Positions 1 through 10,507 of a stretch of DNA of 39,759 nt are shown one piece after another. The notes beneath the pieces are model-generated. The model saw only the letters and a program-made list of their open reading frames with translations, ran no database searches and was not told the DNA's origin. The DNA lies in the NCBI GenBank assembly GCA_011322135.1, contig DRNP01000044.1, positions 1-39,759 on the forward strand, given 5' to 3'. A program made the translations under genes and the position numbers. Numbering within the stretch: position 1 is the first letter of the stretch; the number at the start of each line of letters is the position of its first letter. This DNA comes from Candidatus Kaiserbacteria bacterium (GTDB lineage Bacteria; Patescibacteriota; Minisyncoccia; Phycocordibacterales; Phycocordibacteraceae).

Positions 1-37
1 ATAACTACTATTTGCAACAATACTATGCACAAATTAC

Positions 38-46
38 TGATATAAT
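38..46 (+). promoter_or_regulatory. extended -10 promoter element (TGaTATAAT) upstream of the first CsoR-like gene
   Basis: tga at 38-40 is followed by TATAAT at 41-46. The operator palindrome lies about 14 nt downstream. Confidence 0.4.
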
Positions 47-59
47 AAAATAAATTTGC

Positions 60-75
60 ATACCCTATAGGGTAT
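60..75. promoter_or_regulatory. perfect 16-bp palindromic operator ATACCCTATAGGGTAT (CsoR/RcnR-type GC-core site)
   Basis: Read directly: ATACCC-TATA-GGGTAT. It sits between the -10 element and the repressor gene, and its half-sites match the site at 3293-3309. Confidence 0.6.
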
Positions 76-115
76 GTGGCATACTGCACGAGTTATTCGT
101 TATAAATTTTGCACT

Positions 116-394
116 ATGGAACAAAAGCAACTTCAAACTCGTGAGCTAGTCAACAGACTTAGTCGCATAGAAGGTCAAGTGCGCGCACTTCGTCGTTCTG
201 TTCAAGACGACATAGTTAAAACAGATTGTGTAAAAACTCTTTCGCAAGTAAAAGCTGTTACAAATGCACTTAAACATTTTGGCGAGGCTTTTGCGCATGC
301 GTCTGTCAAACAATGCTTTGCGGAGCGCATGACAAAAGAACGTCTGGCTCTTCGAATTGAAGATATTATTCGTTCCACATTTAGCATGTCATAA
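116..394 (+). CDS. CsoR/RcnR/FrmR-family (DUF156) repressor, CstR-like Cys-x-Cys fingerprint
   Basis: LVNRLSRIEGQVRALRRSV is the family N-terminal helix. Numbered from the ATG at 116, C38 and C67 are 29 residues apart as in CsoR, but the His position (C67-4) is Ser. The ORF-track start at 74 overlaps the operator, so ATG 116 is preferred. Confidence 0.8.
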   Translation: MEQKQLQTRELVNRLSRIEGQVRALRRSVQDDIVKTDCVKTLSQVKAVTNALKHFGEAFAHASVKQCFAERMTKERLALRIEDIIRSTFSMS

Positions 395-409
395 ATATCA
401 TAAATAATC

Positions 410-742
410 ATGTTTGGATTTTCTCTTTCCCCAAAAGAAGTTTCCGTAAAGGAAGCTTTTGAAAAAATAGGTGCCGATGGTCACATACTTCTCGATGTTC
501 GTACTCCAGGTGAAGTACGCGAAGTATGTGTGGCAGGTTCGAAAAACATATCTCTGGAGTTGCTCGAAAACGCACTCGAAGATTTACGCGAATATACTTC
601 TATACATGTTTTGTGTCGAAGCGGAAGTCGCAGTGCTTATGCTACGCAAATACTTCATTCAAACGGAATAACACAAGCTGAAAATGTTGCAGGCGGAATG
701 ATTGCATGGCAACAAGAAAACTTGCCAACTACACGCGGATAA
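410..742 (+). CDS. single-domain rhodanese (sulfurtransferase)
   Basis: LLDVRTPGEV is present, along with the active-site loop CRSGSRS and a C-terminal GGMIAWQ motif. Confidence 0.85.
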   Translation: MFGFSLSPKEVSVKEAFEKIGADGHILLDVRTPGEVREVCVAGSKNISLELLENALEDLREYTSIHVLCRSGSRSAYATQILHSNGITQAENVAGGMIAWQQENLPTTRG

Positions 743-761
743 AAAAATGACGAAACGTAAG

Positions 762-803
762 AATCGCCACAGTGCTAAAGCACTGTGGCGATTTCGTTTT
801 GTT
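762..803. terminator. intrinsic terminator hairpin, probably bidirectional
   Basis: aatcgccacagtgc-taaa-gcactgtggcgatt forms a 14-bp stem followed by tcgttttgtt. It lies between the convergent rhodanese gene and the 802..1335 gene. Confidence 0.7.
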
Positions 804-1335
804 ACAGAAAAATATTTGGAGAAACGACTAACTCGTCCTCACGAAATCCGGCTTGAAGTACAGAAAGCAATAAGTAATACTCTTTGTACTTTTCGATATA
901 CCCAATGCGCCCGATACACACAAAGTCTTCTTTAAACCCCCCGTACAAAAAGAATGCCACTTTCTCATGTTGAAAAAGTCTTTTCAGAGACCCTTTCAAC
1001 ATCATGTTGACTTGCGGAAGTGTCATGATTTTATTGTGCTCGATAATCAACTTCTGCAATCTGGAAGTAGACGCTGTCCTTGGAAGACAGAATACATTTG
1101 ATGCTATATCAAATATGTTTCCATCTTGAGGTTCATCTATTATTATTCTCCTTGCAGGCATTTCAGGTTGTCTTTTGGGCAACCACCTCAGTACATTACT
1201 GTCTACCTGATACCATCTTATCCCGGACCATCTTGAGATACAAAATTTTGTTGAAAGATTCATTGCCGGCGGTATATCTACGCTCGCAATACCAAAAGAA
1301 CTCGAAGCTTTCATTACAGTGCTTTTTTTGTTCAT
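802..1335 (-). CDS. hypothetical protein
   Basis: ORF of 177 aa. ATG at 1335 is preceded by AAGGAGG with 7-nt spacing. No motif recognised. Confidence 0.55.
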   Translation of the reverse strand: MNKKSTVMKASSSFGIASVDIPPAMNLSTKFCISRWSGIRWYQVDSNVLRWLPKRQPEMPARRIIIDEPQDGNIFDIASNVFCLPRTASTSRLQKLIIEHNKIMTLPQVNMMLKGSLKRLFQHEKVAFFLYGGFKEDFVCIGRIGYIEKYKEYYLLLSVLQAGFREDELVVSPNIFL

Positions 1336-1484
1336 TCCCAAACCTCCTTATGTTTGTTTATTTTTGCGCCAATCAATAACGCGCGTTCCATTTGTCACAT
1401 TATATCAATGCAGATTTTAAATCAAGCGCGAAACATTATATAAAAACTGCCATCTTGACGTTCTTAACTTAAAATATTTATGTA

Positions 1485-2273
1485 TTAAACCAGCATCGCT
1501 CCAACAAGACCGCTTATATCTAGAAGCCTTGCGTACACTATCGGTGTAATTTTATGCATGGAAATAGACAATTCAGAAACTTCCTTTATAACACCGTCTA
1601 AAGAATATCCGTTCTTTTCATTTATAAGCGCTCCCCCAACGACGAGTACGTCCGGAGACCATAAACAAAGCACGTTATACAATCCAACAGCAAGTGCGTG
1701 TGTACGCTTTCTAAAAACTTCTCTCGGAAGATTTTGTGGCAAGTCACCGAATTCTTTTTCAAGCGAAGCTCCGCAAACAACATCTTCGAGCGATTGCATA
1801 TTTTTATAATCTATAATCTGTTTCCCCGGCTCGTGTTCGCCAGAGTGAGCTACCGGTTCTCCGTTTACGATAAGCGCACCGCCAACACCTGTACTAAAAA
1901 CAACATAGGCAACCGCATTATATTTTTTCCCGGCACCTGTTCGCGCTTCTCCTATTCCCGCAATTTCCGCATCATTAAAAATTTTCACACTGTTCGCTCC
2001 AGACCCTTTTTTAATCTCAGATGCAATATCGAAACCTCCCCATTTTGGCAAATGCTCTGAAAAAATAACCACTCCGTCTTTTATAAAACCCGCAACTCCT
2101 CCAACGACTTCTTCGAAATGAACGCCGGAGTGTTTTATATAGTCATTGATGATAGCAACACCTTCACCTGGATTCTGCGGAGTTTTTGTTTTTTTGATAT
2201 CTGTAAGCTCTGCATTTATAACGTGTGCAATACGCATATGAGTACCTCCGATGTCGAAAACTATACGATTCAT
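1485..2273 (-). CDS. ROK-family sugar kinase (glucokinase-like)
   Basis: N-terminal DIGGTHMR ATP-binding motif, plus NDAEIAGIGE and GVGGALIV motifs. Confidence 0.8.
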   Translation of the reverse strand: MNRIVFDIGGTHMRIAHVINAELTDIKKTKTPQNPGEGVAIINDYIKHSGVHFEEVVGGVAGFIKDGVVIFSEHLPKWGGFDIASEIKKGSGANSVKIFNDAEIAGIGEARTGAGKKYNAVAYVVFSTGVGGALIVNGEPVAHSGEHEPGKQIIDYKNMQSLEDVVCGASLEKEFGDLPQNLPREVFRKRTHALAVGLYNVLCLWSPDVLVVGGALINEKNGYSLDGVIKEVSELSISMHKITPIVYARLLDISGLVGAMLV

Positions 2274-3202
2274 AAACGTTTCTTAAAATCTTCTATCATT
2301 GATACTTCTTCCGGGTTTACTCCTCGACGTGTTGCAAGCTCATGTGCAACATGATGCATTACATACCATCTTCGTGAAAGTTTTGCAGCTCGAGTACCAC
2401 CAACAAGTGATATGTCCGTTACACTTCTGCCTCGTTCACGCATAAGCTCTGCAAATACAGACATACGACGTATCAAACGCGAATCATCTTCATCGTCGTG
2501 CAATAAAATAAAGCGCGCTATTGAGCCAACGCTCTCCGGAGCTGTCGTATCAAATGCTTGCATCTCGTTGTGATTCAGCTCCGGGAAAATATTCGCAATC
2601 GCAGGCATTTTCGCAGTTTCGTTTGTATGTATTTTAGATACCCAAGAAAGAAAACCGTTTCTGCGCGATGCATAATAAATAGGCAAGGAATCTTCCAAAA
2701 TATCTGCCAGGTTTTCCGCTTCTTTTAGTGCCGAAGCATCATCAAATGTCGCATCAGATAAAGCCGTGAGCAAATCCGAACGATCTAAAAGCACCAGCAA
2801 CGCTCGCAAAAGGAAAAAGAGTGCATTGCGTGGCTGAATATGAGAAGGCACTTGAACATATGGAACATTTGATTCTTTCGCAAAATCGAATAGCTCTCCG
2901 CCTGATGTTATAACAGCTAACGAAAAATTATTCTCTTTTGCTTTTCTTGCAAAAGAGATTGTTTCTGCGGTGTTGCCTGAATGAGATATCGCAATATATA
3001 GAGCATCTGTTTTAGCTCCTTCCGGGAGGTCGTAGTCGCGGTGTGTCGAAAGCGGTATTGTCGAATCCAGAAAACGTGTAGCGAAAGCCGGGAGCGCGGA
3101 CCCTCCCATTCCGCCGACCACGATGCTCGGTGCTTTTTTAACTGAACCGTTTTCAATATGTGGCTCACGAGTAAGTTCTTGCAATAAATCGTTGTATGTC
3201 AT
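2270..3202 (-). CDS. SIS-domain bifunctional phosphoglucose/phosphomannose isomerase-like protein
   Basis: GGMGGSALPA and ISHSGNTAET SIS motifs. Overlaps the downstream ROK kinase by 4 nt. Confidence 0.75.
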   Translation of the reverse strand: MTYNDLLQELTREPHIENGSVKKAPSIVVGGMGGSALPAFATRFLDSTIPLSTHRDYDLPEGAKTDALYIAISHSGNTAETISFARKAKENNFSLAVITSGGELFDFAKESNVPYVQVPSHIQPRNALFFLLRALLVLLDRSDLLTALSDATFDDASALKEAENLADILEDSLPIYYASRRNGFLSWVSKIHTNETAKMPAIANIFPELNHNEMQAFDTTAPESVGSIARFILLHDDEDDSRLIRRMSVFAELMRERGRSVTDISLVGGTRAAKLSRRWYVMHHVAHELATRRGVNPEEVSMIEDFKKRL

Positions 3203-3282
3203 GGATTATATTAAACCACACGAGCACCTAAACCGCACTATGTTGTTGCATTTTTAATGCACAAAACAAATCATGTATTCAC

Positions 3283-3312
3283 TTGACTAAGTATACCCCT
3301 CTAGGGTATCAT
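3283..3312 (+). promoter_or_regulatory. sigma70-like promoter (TTGACT-N18-TATCAT) with embedded operator ATACCC-N5-GGGTAT (3293-3309)
   Basis: Read directly. The operator half-sites are identical to those at 60-75 and occupy the spacer and -10 region. Confidence 0.55.
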
Positions 3313-3319
3313 TAGAAAA

Positions 3320-3589
3320 ATGAACAAAACCGTAAAAAACAAAATTCTTCGCAGATTAAAAATAATAGAAGGTCAGGTGCGCGGTCTTGAAAAAATGATT
3401 GAAAATGACACTTACTGCATAGATGTAATCACACAAACATCAGCGGTGCGCAATGCTTTATCTTCCGTTGAAGATTCTGTGCTTGAAAATCACCTTTCCA
3501 CTCACGTCGTGGAACAAATGAAAAACGGTTCGCACGTAAAAGCGATAAAAGAAATCCTTGCTGTCTATAAGGTGTCAAAGAAAAAATAA
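3320..3589 (+). CDS. CsoR/RcnR-family metal-sensing repressor (x-C-H-H fingerprint)
   Basis: ILRRLKIIEGQVRGLEKMI helix. C33, H58 and H62 have the spacing of the RcnR/CsoR ligand positions. Confidence 0.8.
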   Translation: MNKTVKNKILRRLKIIEGQVRGLEKMIENDTYCIDVITQTSAVRNALSSVEDSVLENHLSTHVVEQMKNGSHVKAIKEILAVYKVSKKK

Positions 3590-3590
3590 C

Positions 3591-4004
3591 ATGAACACAA
3601 AACAAATTTACATAGGAATTACCGCACTAATTATCGTGCTTTTAGGATGGAGTTACCTTATTCGTGCGAACGATCCTACGATAATCGCGTATCACGGAAT
3701 ACATTGGCACAGCTCATTAACAATAAAGGTCGGTTCAACAACAATTCCGGTACCGGCAGGAATAGGACTTGGAATATCCGAAAAACCGATTCATACGCAC
3801 GACGCGACAGGAAAAATCCATATGGAGTTTTCCGGTGTTGTTCATAATTCAGATTTAATGCTGAAAAATGTTTTTAAAGAATGGGGTAAGCCGATGGATT
3901 CGTTCGGGTCAAATATCACAATGACAGTAAACAACGCAACGTCCACCGAATATGGAAATTACGTTATGCGCGATGGAGACAAAATCGTATTAAAATTTAA
4001 TTAA
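3591..4004 (+). CDS. membrane-anchored protein with conserved His motifs, putative metal-binding
   Basis: N-terminal TM segment (IYIGITALIIVLLGW), then HGIHWHSS and PIHTHDATGKIHME. ATG at 3591 lies 1 nt after the repressor stop. Confidence 0.6.
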   Translation: MNTKQIYIGITALIIVLLGWSYLIRANDPTIIAYHGIHWHSSLTIKVGSTTIPVPAGIGLGISEKPIHTHDATGKIHMEFSGVVHNSDLMLKNVFKEWGKPMDSFGSNITMTVNNATSTEYGNYVMRDGDKIVLKFN

Positions 4005-4030
4005 TAAGACGTATACACGACCAAAACTTG

Positions 4031-4101
4031 TTGCGGGGGCCGGAATTGAACCGGCGTCTGGGGGTTATGAGCCCCCCGAGGTACCTCTCCTCTACCCCGC
4101 T
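4031..4101 (-). tRNA. initiator tRNA-Met (anticodon CAT), no encoded CCA
   Basis: Manual fold gives anticodon loop CTCATAA on a GGGGG/CCCCC stem, an A11:U24 pair, T-arm GCCGG-TTCAATT-CCGGC, and an unpaired A1/A72. Confidence 0.85.
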
Positions 4102-4240
4102 ATTACCTTATAGTGTACAAGAATTATTATTCTTTGCAAGTCGCTGTACGTGTGCGCCACATATACACAGATAGAAGTGCTATGCATTTGCACTTCTACA
4201 AAAAGAATTCGAGACCGTGTGCGCTATCAAATAAGATATA

Positions 4241-4266
4241 AAGCCACCTCGTTGCCGAGGTGGCTT
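4241..4266 (-). terminator. hairpin terminator downstream of the repeat-protein gene
   Basis: aagccacctcg-ttgc-cgaggtggctt forms a perfect 11-bp stem 20 nt after the stop at 4286. Confidence 0.6.
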
Positions 4267-4285
4267 AGGTATTGTGTGCAATAAA

Positions 4286-4798
4286 TTACATCTTCTGTAA
4301 AGTCCTTATAATATCTAGCACTATTCCCAGTTCCATTTCTGGTGGACAGTTGCGATGCAACTCTTGTACTTCTTCCGGGGTCTTCAAAAGCGGAATCGCT
4401 TTTTTTACAAGTTCTATCCACTTTTGCATTACTGCAGAGTCCATTTCTGGTGGACATTTGTAATACAGATTCTTGGCTTCTTTCGGGGTCTTCAAACGTG
4501 GAATCGCTTCCCCTGTGAGTTCTATCCACCTATTTATTACTGCAGAGTCCATTTCTGGTGGACATTTGTAATACAGACTATTGGCTTCTTTCGGAGTTTT
4601 AAGAAGTGAGATAGCTTCTGTAGTGAGTTCTACCCACTTCTCCATTACCAATGGTTGTGTTTCTGCATTGCAACTTTTATGCCATTTCTTAGCTTCCTCT
4701 GGTGTTTTAAGTGATTCTATTAATCTTATAAGAGCTAATCTATCTTTAATGTACTCCTCATCTAAACCCAATAATTCAGAAATCTCCTTTGCATCCAT
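4286..4798 (-). CDS. hypothetical protein made of four 36-aa tandem repeats (KTPxEA..YYKCPPEMDSAV..WIEL..AI..L)
   Basis: The repeats are read directly in the translation. AAGGAGG lies upstream of ATG 4798. Confidence 0.65.
   Translation of the reverse strand: MDAKEISELLGLDEEYIKDRLALIRLIESLKTPEEAKKWHKSCNAETQPLVMEKWVELTTEAISLLKTPKEANSLYYKCPPEMDSAVINRWIELTGEAIPRLKTPKEAKNLYYKCPPEMDSAVMQKWIELVKKAIPLLKTPEEVQELHRNCPPEMELGIVLDIIRTLQKM
4289..4708. repeat. 108-bp-period coding tandem repeat (about 3.9 units)
   Basis: For example, cagagtccatttctggtggacatttgtaatacag recurs 108 nt apart (about 4437 and about 4545). Confidence 0.8.
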
Positions 4799-4967
4799 AA
4801 CAACCTCCTTTTGTTGTATTGATTAGAATCCTCCTTTTTAAGAACTGCAGTCTATATAGAAAATACAATTAAACATTGCCGATGTCAACGTCTTGTATAG
4901 AAATCGTACGATGGAGCATATACACGCTTTGTCGGGAGCACCATTGCATGGCAACGTTTAATTTAAA

Positions 4968-5549
4968 TTAGATTACCCCAAACTCGCGAAAGACTTTTTT
5001 ATAATGAGAAATTGTACGTCTTGCGAGCGTTTCAGAAAGCGCAAAAGCTGAGCCGGAGTGCGCAATCATATTACGTACTTTGTGTGCCTCCCAGGCATCA
5101 TCAAGAGAATCAAAATCCGCACGCTCTATTTGTTTAAGTTGTTCACCTATTGTTTCTCCTTTATATCCCTGACGAGTAAGCACCTCACCAAGTATAATAT
5201 CCGCTTCAATAATAGCTTGTCGCCAATCGTTTATATTTTCACCGGATATAAGTTCTTCAACTTGTTTCCAGCGTGGATTCTCACGAGGAGTATCTTCACT
5301 TATTTTCGGAAGAGGTCCGTATTTTTCTTTTTCTTTCCTGCGCACTTCTTCAATATGCATAGTTGAATAAACAATCACAAAAAGCGCTCCGGCAGATGCG
5401 AGATACCCGACCACTGTGATTATTTGCCATGTAGCGGTTATTATCGGATGCAATGCTCCGGTCGAAAGATGTGCATTTGTCGCCGCTTCATATAATGCGC
5501 GAAAAACATATTCAACATTGAGCGACGTGTATCCTGGAGGAGGCAACAT
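4968..5549 (-). CDS. hypothetical membrane-anchored protein
   Basis: 193-aa ORF with a central TM segment (IITVVGYLASAGALFVIVY) and a soluble C-terminal domain. No enzymatic motif recognised. Confidence 0.55.
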   Translation of the reverse strand: MLPPPGYTSLNVEYVFRALYEAATNAHLSTGALHPIITATWQIITVVGYLASAGALFVIVYSTMHIEEVRRKEKEKYGPLPKISEDTPRENPRWKQVEELISGENINDWRQAIIEADIILGEVLTRQGYKGETIGEQLKQIERADFDSLDDAWEAHKVRNMIAHSGSAFALSETLARRTISHYKKVFREFGVI

Positions 5550-5618
5550 GTTTTTAGTATAGCGCGTATTGACACACTCGGGTTGTGTCGTTGCACACTT
5601 CTTGTGGAATCTTAATAA

Positions 5619-7055
5619 CTAATCCAATTGAGTATTTTCAACTGCGCGCCCAACTGCAAAAAGCACGTCCTCCGCTTGGTGCGGTGCTGTAAACTGGATA
5701 CCGATAGGAAGCGGTTTCTCGTCGCGCTTTACCATTTTCATAGGAACAGAGATGGCGGGCATGCCTGTTAAGTTTGCTGTTACTGTAAAGATGTCCTCAA
5801 TGTACATTGCAACAGGATCATTACTTTTCTCGCCAAAACGAAAAGCCGGCGAAGGCGAAGTTGGCGTGGCAATGACATCGACCTTCTCAAAAGCATTATT
5901 GAATTCGTCAACGAGCACCGACCGTGCAGAATGAGCTTTCCTATAATAAGCATCAATATATCCTGAAGAAAGTACGAACGCTCCCAGCAAAATACGCCTC
6001 TGTACTTCCGGTCCAAATCCTTCCGAACGAGTCTTTATATAATCGTCCAATAATGTCTTACCGTGTTTTGAAAGCCCGTATCGCATTCCATCATACCTGG
6101 CAAAATTCGTAGATGCTTCCGCAGGCATTATTATGTAATAAATCGGAAGCGCGTAAGCATTGGTTGGAAGAGATACATCCACGATTGTGTGACCTTTTAA
6201 TTTGAGAGCTTCAAGAGTCTCATTAAACCTATTCAGCACGTCTTCATCAACACCTTTTTCTAAAATCGCTCTTGGAACTCCTATTCGAAGTGTCGAATTT
6301 ACTTCGCGCTTCGGATATAAATCATCTGGAATTGTTGTAGGGTCTTTCTCATCGCGACCGCGAAGCGCTTTAAACAAAATCTCCGAATCATCTACCGTTT
6401 TTGTTAAAGGACCAACCTGGTCGAGTGAAGATCCCATCGCCATAAGTCCGTATCTGGAAACAGCTCCATATGTTGGTTTTAAACCAACAACTCCGGTAAG
6501 CGATGCCGGTTGTCGGATTGACCCTCCCGTATCCGAACCAATCGATGCAATAGTCATATGCGCCGAAGTTGCCGCCGCCGAACCACCGGACGAACCGCCG
6601 GGGACACGATTTGTATCATGCGGATTTTTTGTTTTCCCAAATGCAGAAGTCTCTGTCGAGCTCCCCATTGCAAACTCGTCCATATTTGTACGTCCTAAAA
6701 ATAAAGCTCCTTCCGCGCGCATTTTTTCAATGACAGTGGCAGTGTAAGATGCTTTATAATTTTCCAACATTTTACTCGATGCGCTCGCGGTCTTTCCTTT
6801 AATCAAAATATTATCTTTTACAGCGATAGGTATTCCACATAAAATAGGTGCCTTGTCACCCTCCGTATCAATACGCTTTTGCGCATCGTCGATGGCTGTA
6901 TCATCAGTATCAAAAAGCTCCAGATACGCAAAAATATTATCGTTTTTTTCTTTAGCGACAAGACGGGTGGCGTTCCATAAATCGCGTACAGTAAACGCGC
7001 GCGCGCGAAGCGCGCGCGCCGCCTCTACGATCGTCATTTCATTTGCCTTCTTCAT
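5619..7055 (-). CDS. gatA: Glu/Asp-tRNA amidotransferase subunit A
   Basis: Amidase signature GGSSGGSAAA and full-length similarity to GatA. An alternative start is ATG 7037, just after the gatC stop. Confidence 0.92.
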   Translation of the reverse strand: MKKANEMTIVEAARALRARAFTVRDLWNATRLVAKEKNDNIFAYLELFDTDDTAIDDAQKRIDTEGDKAPILCGIPIAVKDNILIKGKTASASSKMLENYKASYTATVIEKMRAEGALFLGRTNMDEFAMGSSTETSAFGKTKNPHDTNRVPGGSSGGSAAATSAHMTIASIGSDTGGSIRQPASLTGVVGLKPTYGAVSRYGLMAMGSSLDQVGPLTKTVDDSEILFKALRGRDEKDPTTIPDDLYPKREVNSTLRIGVPRAILEKGVDEDVLNRFNETLEALKLKGHTIVDVSLPTNAYALPIYYIIMPAEASTNFARYDGMRYGLSKHGKTLLDDYIKTRSEGFGPEVQRRILLGAFVLSSGYIDAYYRKAHSARSVLVDEFNNAFEKVDVIATPTSPSPAFRFGEKSNDPVAMYIEDIFTVTANLTGMPAISVPMKMVKRDEKPLPIGIQFTAPHQAEDVLFAVGRAVENTQLD

Positions 7056-7341
7056 GTGAAAGTATTTGTTTTACGGAAAGAGAATTGCCCTTTCTTTTTG
7101 GAAACGCTTTTATAATTTCCTCTGTATCGACTCCGTCCTGTTTTTTGTAACAATCATCTCGAAATACATTATGTAAAAGCGGTACGGACGGTGTCTTATC
7201 AACATCTATCGTCAGCTCATTAAGCTGACCAACATACGCAATAATTCCATCAAGCTCTTTAGCTAATCTTGGGAGATTCTCGTCTGAAACCGAGAGTCGC
7301 GAAAGTTCTGCCAAATGTCGTATATCTTTTGCGGAAGCCAT
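7039..7341 (-). CDS. gatC: Glu/Asp-tRNA amidotransferase subunit C
   Basis: About 100 aa, with a LAELSRLSVSDENL..L..I..YV..L pattern, immediately upstream of gatA. Confidence 0.85.
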   Translation of the reverse strand: MASAKDIRHLAELSRLSVSDENLPRLAKELDGIIAYVGQLNELTIDVDKTPSVPLLHNVFRDDCYKKQDGVDTEEIIKAFPKRKGNSLSVKQILSHEEGK

Positions 7342-7356
7342 AATAGCACTACTCTA

Positions 7357-9363
<2,007 letters not shown>

Positions 9364-9882
9364 TTAATTCAAATCAGAATAGTGCATATCTATACCGCGC
9401 ACAGTAGTACGGCTTGATGCGGAGCAACTCCCATTGTCATACCCACTTGAGAAAAGATATGTCGTGCCCGGAGCTCCCTTTGGTTTAAATACGATTACAT
9501 TTGCACACGTATTTGCGTTCATCTTCATGTCGTGTATGGAATATTTATACCATTGTTTACTATTTCCGCTCGATACAGTTGGAGCTCCAAAGGAAAAAGT
9601 ATTACCTCCGCAAGATACACTGCCACCGGTTGCTCCGTTTACAGTACTAAACGCCATCTTCTGTTGGTCTGCATAGAGAACACACTCAAGCGCAGAGTCG
9701 GCGGAATAAAAAGCTTTTTGTGAAGAATTTTCGGTTGAAGCAAGCAATACTTGTTTATATCCAAGAGAACCAAGTGTTAGTCCTATTGAAAGTATTACCG
9801 ATACAAAAATAATGGTTATAAGTAGCGCAATACCAGACTCAGCAGAGTGTCGTCGTATTTTTTTTATTGAATCTTTCATCAT
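9364..9882 (-). CDS. PilX-like minor pilin / pilus assembly protein
   Basis: N-terminal hydrophobic helix SGIALLITIIFVSVILSIGL. Last gene of the pseudopilin operon. Confidence 0.5.
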   Translation of the reverse strand: MMKDSIKKIRRHSAESGIALLITIIFVSVILSIGLTLGSLGYKQVLLASTENSSQKAFYSADSALECVLYADQQKMAFSTVNGATGGSVSCGGNTFSFGAPTVSSGNSKQWYKYSIHDMKMNANTCANVIVFKPKGAPGTTYLFSSGYDNGSCSASSRTTVRGIDMHYSDLN

Positions 9883-9889
9883 ATATATT

Positions 9890-10504
9890 TTAATACCATG
9901 GTGTTAAATATCCTGTTACAGTCGATGTATACGTTTTGCCGTGCGTCATCCACGACACGGTTGAATCAATCTTTAAATCTGAATCGGAAATTTTAGTTGC
10001 TGATATAACACGTTTGAAATTTGTTTTGGTTCCCGTATTTTGAGTCGTATATTTCCCGCTCGTTGTGAGATACAGATCTCCACATGAAGTATCATTAATA
10101 CTACACACGGCTATCGAACCTGTTCCAAACCCTATTCCACTCATTAAAGAACTTGCATCTACCGAACAAGTATTATTTGTATTGCACCTCAAAATATTAT
10201 ACTCACCGCTATAAGAAGTATTGGTTGTAAAACCATTCCACCAATATGCCGGAGAGTTCGAATTGCAAGCAATACTATTACCACTATAACAATATTTAAG
10301 GTATGAATTATCGCGCATTACACGAGCAAACTCTACCCCCTCTTGCGCCAAGAAAGATCCTGTCATTTTATCTTGCGCTATTTTTGCGGCTTGAAGACTT
10401 TGCTCTGCAGAAAAAAACGGACCTGTAACAGCGATGGCAAGAATAGCAACAGCTACAAGTGTCTCTACCAACGTAAACCCTCTTTTTTGTTTTAATATTT
10501 TCAT
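9890..10504 (-). CDS. prepilin-type N-terminal cleavage/methylation domain protein (minor pilin)
   Basis: KRG|FTLVETLVAVAILAI class III signal peptide. Confidence 0.75.
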   Translation of the reverse strand: MKILKQKRGFTLVETLVAVAILAIAVTGPFFSAEQSLQAAKIAQDKMTGSFLAQEGVEFARVMRDNSYLKYCYSGNSIACNSNSPAYWWNGFTTNTSYSGEYNILRCNTNNTCSVDASSLMSGIGFGTGSIAVCSINDTSCGDLYLTTSGKYTTQNTGTKTNFKRVISATKISDSDLKIDSTVSWMTHGKTYTSTVTGYLTPWY

Positions 10505-10507
10505 ATG

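Noticed and set aside
702-1379. Plus-strand ORFs 702..935 and 1080..1379
   Set aside because: The first runs through the terminator hairpin. The second is antisense to the SD-preceded 802..1335 gene. Neither has start signals.
4289-4708. Possible CRISPR-like or non-coding tandem array
   Set aside because: The period is 108 nt with no spacer/repeat alternation. The repeats are in frame and encode a 36-aa protein repeat.
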